Shown: piece by piece, positions 7,856-12,038 of the stretch
How positions within the stretch are numbered: position 1 is the stretch's first letter
Layout: every line of letters begins with the position of its first letter
Assembly (NCBI GenBank): GCA_051439505.1
Contig: JBFRWI010000171.1
Location: forward strand, 1 to 12,038
DNA length: 12,038 nucleotides
From: Hormoscilla sp.
GTDB lineage: Bacteria > Cyanobacteriota > Cyanobacteriia > Cyanobacteriales > Desertifilaceae
Reading direction: 5' to 3'
Notes under the pieces: generated by a model
Told to the model about the DNA's origin: nothing
The model's database searches: none
Seen by the model: the letters and a program-made list of their open reading frames with translations, nothing else
Position numbers and translations under genes: made by a program

Positions 7856-8599
7856 TCACAGTTCGTCAATCACTCGATCTATAAACTGCTGCATCCGCTG
7901 GACGTGAGAACCGCGCCAATAAATTTGACCGCAGTTTTGGCAGCGACAAAATTCATCTATCTGCTGCTTGACAATTTCTGGCAGTCGATCCATGATCGAT
8001 GCTTTATCCACCGGTGTTAATAAGCCATTGCAGCTTATACAGCGTTGGAATGGCTGGCAAGCCCCCAATAGTTGGAAGCGTCCCAGGACTTCCATTAATT
8101 GGATATCGTGGGCTTTACTTCTGATATAATATCCATAGGTGACGATCTTCCGCATCAAGAGTCCCCGATCGCGTGTCAAGAGAATTCGTTCTTGTTGGGC
8201 AGAAGTTGCGGCTAATTCGGGATCGTCGTAGTCATTGCGGTATAATGTATCAACGCCTAACATCCGTAACGATGAGGCCAGTTTGCCTAAATGGACATCC
8301 AGAATGAAACGCGGCACTGACAAGGGTGGCGGTCCTAGGCACAAAGTGGGGGTAACTTCAGGAGTTACAGATAGGGGATATACCTCTATGCGATCGCGAT
8401 CTTCGAGGATATAGGAAAAATCCACGGCTTTTCCATTGACCACAATAAAGTAAACTTCAGGATGGGGGACGCCCAGGGATTCGATCGTATCCTTAATTGA
8501 TGGCCGATCCTTAAAGTAATGGGTGAATGTGACATGCTTTTTCCCGGGGGGCAAAAAGAAATTAAGTTCGGCATGTAAGCGTAATTCTGCGGTTGCCAT
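7856..8599 (-). CDS. Ub-Mut7C / Mut7-C RNase (PIN + Zn-ribbon) domain protein
   Basis: N-terminal ubiquitin-like SIKDTIESLGVPHPEV; PIN RFILDVHLGKLA..LRMLGVDT, RILLTRDRGLL; Zn ribbon RCISCNG...CQNCGQIYWRGSH. Confidence 0.93.
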   Translation of the reverse strand: MATAELRLHAELNFFLPPGKKHVTFTHYFKDRPSIKDTIESLGVPHPEVYFIVVNGKAVDFSYILEDRDRIEVYPLSVTPEVTPTLCLGPPPLSVPRFILDVHLGKLASSLRMLGVDTLYRNDYDDPELAATSAQQERILLTRDRGLLMRKIVTYGYYIRSKAHDIQLMEVLGRFQLLGACQPFQRCISCNGLLTPVDKASIMDRLPEIVKQQIDEFCRCQNCGQIYWRGSHVQRMQQFIDRVIDEL

Positions 8600-8681
8600 A
8601 AATTATTTGTTATAATTAAAGGATTGGCAGAGGGATGCCGTACAATAAGTTTAGCGTAAACGGCGCTATTCGTGCAACAAC

Positions 8682-8804
8682 TATAGCAGTTCTCATCCTT
8701 TGTGTGATATGCTGTCGGAGATTGCTTCGGGGGGGTGACTCATAAAGCATAAGTTACTCGCTAGTCTCCCCCCCTCGCAATGACAAATAGGCGATTTCGC
8801 TATA
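8682..8804. repeat. repeat family A, copy 2
   Basis: TATAGC...gagattgcttcggggggg...cccccctcgcaatgacaaat...GCTATA. Confidence 0.8.
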
Positions 8805-8831
8805 ACTAGGAAAATTCACGATCTACAGCTT

Positions 8832-10379
8832 ATGGTTCTCAATCAGAAAGACAGCAGTAAACCCCGGATAGTCGTCATCGGTGCTGGTATTGGTGGCTTG
8901 ACAGCCGCCGCCCTCTTGGCCCGTCGGGGCTACCCAGTATTGGTCCTGGACCAGGCGATCGTCCCTGGGGGATGTGCTTCGACTTTCAAACGTCAGGGGT
9001 TTACTTTTGATGTGGGGGCGACCCAGGTGGCGGGTTTGGAACCGGGTGGCATTCACAAACGCATCTTCGATGAGTTAGAAATAGATATCCCCCCGGCGAC
9101 CCCCTGCGACCCCGCCTGTGCTGTATTCTTACCTGGGGAAACAATACCTATTAATGTCTGGCGCGATCGCCCTCAATGGCAAGCAGAACGCCAGCAACAG
9201 TTTCCCGGTAGCGAACCTTTCTGGCAATTACTAGCAAAGTTATTTGAGGCTAGCTGGCGGTTTCAGGGGCGAGATCCGGTGTTGCCGCCGCGCAATCTTT
9301 GGGATCTGGGACAATTGCTCAAAGCCCTTCGTCCCGATACATTAATTACGGTGCCTTTTACCTTCATGACCGTGGGGGATGCTTTGCGAATTTATGGGCT
9401 ATCTGATAATTTACGACTCAGAACATTTCTGGATATACAATTAAAACTTTATTCCCAAGTGGATGCAGAAGAAACGGCATTGCTATATGCGGCGACGGCC
9501 TTGGCTGTATCTCAAGCGCCCCAAGGTTTGTATCATCTGTTGGGGAGTATGCAAGTGTTGAGCGATCGCCTAGTAGGGGCCCTAGAACGTGATGGCGGTA
9601 AGCTGTTAATGCGCCATACTGTAGAAAGCATTGAACTGTCAGGGGGAAAGGCCACCGGGGTAGTGATTAAAAAACAGAAAACGGGAGAAGTTTGGCGAGA
9701 ACCTGCGGACATAGTTATTGCCAATGTTACGGTGCAAAACTTGGTTAACTTATTGGGAAATGAGACCTTGCCCGGGTACAAGAGGCGAGTAAATAAACTG
9801 CCTGCCCCATCGGGTGCTTTTGTGGTCTATTTAGGGGTCGATCGCAGTGCCATTCCCGAAGGATGTCCGCCCCATCTGCAGTTTCTCTATGACTATGACG
9901 GTCCCATTGGCGAAAATAATTCCCTGTTCGTTTCCGTCTCTCATCCCGGAGACGGACGGGCCCCAGAAGGCAAAGCAACTATTATCGCTTCTTCCTTTAC
10001 CGACGCACAGAATTGGTGGGATAATAATGATTATGAAGAGATGAAGCAGTTGTATACTCAAGAGGCGATCGCCCGTCTGGGCCAATATTTTAATTTAACA
10101 CCAGAGACAATAATCCTCACGGAAGCAGCAACACCGCGCACCTTTGTCCGTTATACAGGCCGGGACTTGGGGGTAGTGGGGGGTATCGGTCAGCGAGTAT
10201 CGACTTTTGGTCCTTTTGGATTTGCCAATCGTACCCCGATCGAGAATGTTTGGCTAGTAGGAGATTCCACACATCCCGGAGAAGGGACAGCGGGGGTAAG
10301 CTATTCTGCTTTAACAGTAGTGCGGCAAATCGATACCGCCGCCGCCCGAACCCTAAAGGGCCCGGCTACTCCGAACTAA
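8832..10379 (+). CDS. crtD: carotenoid C-3',4' desaturase (myxoxanthophyll pathway), FAD-dependent
   Basis: Rossmann motif VIGAGIGGL; GGCASTFKRQGFTFDVGATQVAGLEPGGIH; QLKLYSQ; GDSTHPGEGTAGVSYSAL, characteristic of cyanobacterial CrtD (Slr1293-type). Confidence 0.9.
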   Translation: MVLNQKDSSKPRIVVIGAGIGGLTAAALLARRGYPVLVLDQAIVPGGCASTFKRQGFTFDVGATQVAGLEPGGIHKRIFDELEIDIPPATPCDPACAVFLPGETIPINVWRDRPQWQAERQQQFPGSEPFWQLLAKLFEASWRFQGRDPVLPPRNLWDLGQLLKALRPDTLITVPFTFMTVGDALRIYGLSDNLRLRTFLDIQLKLYSQVDAEETALLYAATALAVSQAPQGLYHLLGSMQVLSDRLVGALERDGGKLLMRHTVESIELSGGKATGVVIKKQKTGEVWREPADIVIANVTVQNLVNLLGNETLPGYKRRVNKLPAPSGAFVVYLGVDRSAIPEGCPPHLQFLYDYDGPIGENNSLFVSVSHPGDGRAPEGKATIIASSFTDAQNWWDNNDYEEMKQLYTQEAIARLGQYFNLTPETIILTEAATPRTFVRYTGRDLGVVGGIGQRVSTFGPFGFANRTPIENVWLVGDSTHPGEGTAGVSYSALTVVRQIDTAAARTLKGPATPN

Positions 10380-10397
10380 GCCCGCCTGCGCGGGCTA
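10340..10397 (+). repeat. repeat family D, copy 2, overlapping the crtD 3' end
   Basis: Near-identical to 7729-7785; contains the crtD TAA stop. Confidence 0.9.
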
Positions 10398-10570
10398 GAT
10401 TACATGGGACGAAATCAAGAGTTTTTCTGTAGAGATGCAGGCGATCGCGTCTATACTTTATTGGTGGATTTTTCACATTCCTAGAAAACAAAATTACCTG
10501 CGATCGCGGTTTAATTTTCTGAAAGATAGCTAATTTTCAGATTGGTTCAAAATCACTTCAAGATGGGGGG

Positions 10571-10598
10571 TTGACAAGCTCGATAAATATGTTATCAT
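10571..10598 (+). promoter_or_regulatory. sigma70-type promoter candidate (TTGACA, 16 nt, extended -10 TGnTATCAT)
   Basis: ttgaca 10571-10576, tatcat 10593-10598 preceded by TGT; no credible CDS downstream. Confidence 0.5.
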
Positions 10599-10623
10599 CT
10601 AAATATGAGCATTCTGAATTTCT

Positions 10624-10651
10624 GTAGAGATGTAAACTCAAGCGTCTCTAC
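10624..10651. repeat. GTAG-type REP hairpin (GTAGAGAYG...CGTCTCTAC); related degenerate copy at ~10429-10456
   Basis: gtagagatg-taaactcaag-cgtctctac; gtagagatgc-aggcgatc-gcgtctatac. Confidence 0.65.
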
Positions 10652-10700
10652 TTTCCTGGTGGAGTTTTTACCTTCTTAAAACTGCGATCGCGCCCGACCC

Positions 10701-10764
10701 AGAAACCGGGTTTCTTTGAGAATTTTGGCATCTCCACCAAGATGTTACTAGAAACCCGGTTTCT
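10701..10764. repeat. repeat family C doublet
   Basis: agaaaccgggtttct 10701-10715, 34-nt spacer, agaaacccggtttct 10750-10764. Confidence 0.85.
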
Positions 10765-10778
10765 CGCCCCCACGAGAC

Positions 10779-10940
10779 GGGTGTGGTCAAAACCCGTTGA
10801 TCGTTCGGGCGGCCCTCCCAGTCGCCGGATCCCCCCAAACCCCCCCTTTTGGAAGGGGGGGTTTGGGGGGGATCCTCTACAACTACTTTTGACCACACCC
10901 GTTTGGGGGGGATCCCTTACAACTACTTTTGACCACACCC
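10779..10940. mobile_element. MITE with 14-bp terminal inverted repeats, 9-bp TSD and duplicated right end
   Basis: TIR GGGTGTGGTCAAAA (10779-10792) / TTTTGACCACACCC (10887-10900 and 10927-10940); TSD CCACGAGAC at 10770-10778 and 10941-10949; internal GGATCCCCCCAAACCCCCCC...GGGGGGGTTTGGGGGGGATCC palindrome. Confidence 0.88.
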
Positions 10941-11061
10941 CCACGAGACAGCCCCCCGATCGCGTCCAACCAATAACCCAGGTTTCTTTGATAATTTTCG
11001 TATCGACGATGTTATACCATTTTGGAAAACCCATGCTACAATCACTTTAAATGATATTTTA

Positions 11062-11130
11062 TTAGTCGGTTTCAACCGACTTTAGCTATTAGCCGGGGGT
11101 TTGAACCCCCGGCGGGCTAACAGCGAAGTG
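11062..11130 (-). repeat. repeat family B, copy 3
   Basis: ttagtcggtttcaaccgactttagctattagccgggggtttgaacccccggcgggctaacagcgaagtg. Confidence 0.9.
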
Positions 11131-11158
11131 AGAGAACTTTCTCGATCGCGACCTAACA

Positions 11159-11222
11159 AGAAACCGGGTTTTTTTGATAACCTTCCCATCAATAGAGATA
11201 TGTTATTAGAAACCCGGTTTCT
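11159..11222. repeat. repeat family C doublet
   Basis: agaaaccgggttttt 11159-11173, 34-nt spacer, agaaacccggtttct 11208-11222. Confidence 0.85.
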
Positions 11223-11243
11223 GGGCCCTCGGGACTTGAGAAA

Positions 11244-11397
11244 CTTCTACATAATACAGCGTAGCGCGAAATAATACTAAACTTTTGTATTATTTGTATA
11301 TATTGTATTACAGGAGGCCCTTTTTCCGGCTTCTACATAATACAGCGTAGCGCACATAATACCCGACTTCTGTATTATTTGTATATATTGTATTACA
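11244..11397. repeat. direct repeat, two ~69-bp AT-rich units (86-bp period) with nested ATAATAC/GTATTA inverted repeats
   Basis: cttctacataatacagcgtagcgc..ataatac...tgtattatttgtatatattgtattaca at 11244-11312 and 11330-11397. Confidence 0.9.
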
Positions 11398-11421
11398 AAT
11401 TCGCATTTATGGCCTCCTTTC

Positions 11422-11496
11422 AAAAAAAATTTTGATCGCCTGCGGCGATGAGGGAAGAGGGCAAGAGGGCAAAAGGGCCAAGGGGCTAGGGAGTCC
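11422..11496 (-). other. putative DGR cis-elements: IMH-like pyrimidine-rich repeat tract, hairpin ATCGCC-GCA-GGCGAT, T-run
   Basis: Minus strand after the stop: ggactccctagccccttggcccttttgccctcttgccctcttccctc-atcgcc-gca-ggcgat-caaaatttttttt. Confidence 0.6.
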
Positions 11497-12038
11497 TCAC
11501 CGGGAAAACAGGCACACTACACGCAAACCGCCGTAGTTGTCCCTGCCGCCCGGCGCGTTGCAGTCGCGGTCGGCGCTGCGACAATTCCTGGGATAGTTGT
11601 ACCAGCTGCCGCCCCGCAGCATCCGGCGTGAATCATCTCCACCCGACTCCCAAACGCTGCCATCACCAGGCGCACCTTCATAATTTTCATGCAAAGGATC
11701 TGCACACCATTCCCAGACATTGCCATGCATGTCGTATAAATTAAAAGCATTAGGCGGAAAACTGCCCACATCGATCGTTTTCTCGCGATAAACTCCTTTG
11801 GAACCAGAACCATAGGTGTAGTTGCCATCGTAGTTCGCCAAGTCGGGAGTGATGGTTTCGCCAAAATGAAAAGGCGTAGTCGTTCCCGCCCGACAGGCAT
11901 ATTCCCACTCCGCTTCGCTGGGTAATCTATAGTGGCGTCCCGTTTCTCGGGAAAGTCGGGCACAAAATTCCACCCCATCGTGCCATGATACCTCCTCTAC
12001 GGGTCGATTCGCTCCCTTAAAATAAGATGGATCTGGAT
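11497..12038 (-). CDS. FGE-sulfatase (SUMF1/CLec-fold) domain protein, 3' part; probable DGR target
   Basis: Frame is open to the window end: [25 protein letters not shown]...[24 protein letters not shown]...[17 protein letters not shown]...LRGGSW...CRSA.R...GLRVVC. Confidence 0.93.
   Translation of the reverse strand, partial: PDPSYFKGANRPVEEVSWHDGVEFCARLSRETGRHYRLPSEAEWEYACRAGTTTPFHFGETITPDLANYDGNYTYGSGSKGVYREKTIDVGSFPPNAFNLYDMHGNVWEWCADPLHENYEGAPGDGSVWESGGDDSRRMLRGGSWYNYPRNCRSADRDCNAPGGRDNYGGLRVVCLFSR

Noticed and set aside
5692..10432. Short ORFs nested in or antisense to the glycosyltransferase, lipoprotein, Mut7-C and crtD genes
   Set aside because: They overlap well-supported genes in other frames and have no independent coding signal.
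10600..10700. tRNA or other known RNA gene behind the strong promoter
   Set aside because: No cloverleaf, T-loop GTTCRA or CCA end is recognisable.
10648..11050. ORFs 10648..11034(-), 10668..10898(-), 10742..11050(+)
   Set aside because: They are translations of the MITE and palindromic repeats (PPNPPF.KGG.GG is repeat-derived); no protein features.
10701..11222. CRISPR mini-array (palindromic repeat + 34-37 nt spacer)
   Set aside because: Repeats are only 15 bp, occur as isolated doublets, spacers resemble each other, and no cas genes or leader are present.
11244..11397. CRISPR array or DGR template region
   Set aside because: Only two ~69-bp units with a 17-nt gap; no similarity to the VR and no AAC-rich pattern.
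11517..11978. 153-aa alternative-frame ORF
   Set aside because: Shadow frame of the FGE-sulfatase gene, whose frame carries all conserved motifs.
1..12038. Abundant GCGATCGC / CGATCG sites as a novel motif
   Set aside because: This is the well-known cyanobacterial HIP1 sequence; useful for taxonomy only.

Overview
Cyanobacterial chromosomal window: at least 9 perfect HIP1 GCGATCGC sites, plus crtD, COP23 and GUN4 domains. The repeat content suggests a filamentous Oscillatoriales-like genome (inference). Genes in order: partial ABCD/McyH-like ABC transporter (-), a possible decayed methyltransferase, a frameshifted PD-(D/E)xK-like hypothetical gene (-), a small hypothetical (+), a trypsin-like protease/TM/GUN4 fusion (-), a COP23-domain protein (-), a GT1 glycosyltransferase (-), a lipoprotein (-), a Ub-Mut7C RNase (-), carotenoid C-3',4' desaturase crtD (+), and the 3' part of an FGE-sulfatase (CLec-fold) gene (-). 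The best signal is the 3' end of the FGE-sulfatase gene. It looks like a diversity-generating retroelement (DGR) variable region (VR): NNY codons at AAY-template positions, followed by an IMH-like repeat tract and a GCA-loop hairpin. No reverse transcriptase (RT) or template region (TR) is in the window, so it may be a remote target. Intergenic DNA holds many miniature repeat families, including a MITE with a 9-bp target-site duplication (TSD) and a duplicated end, and a repeat that supplies the C-terminus of CrtD. There is also an orphan sigma70 promoter and a duplicated operator-like unit. All family calls are from motif recognition, not database searches.
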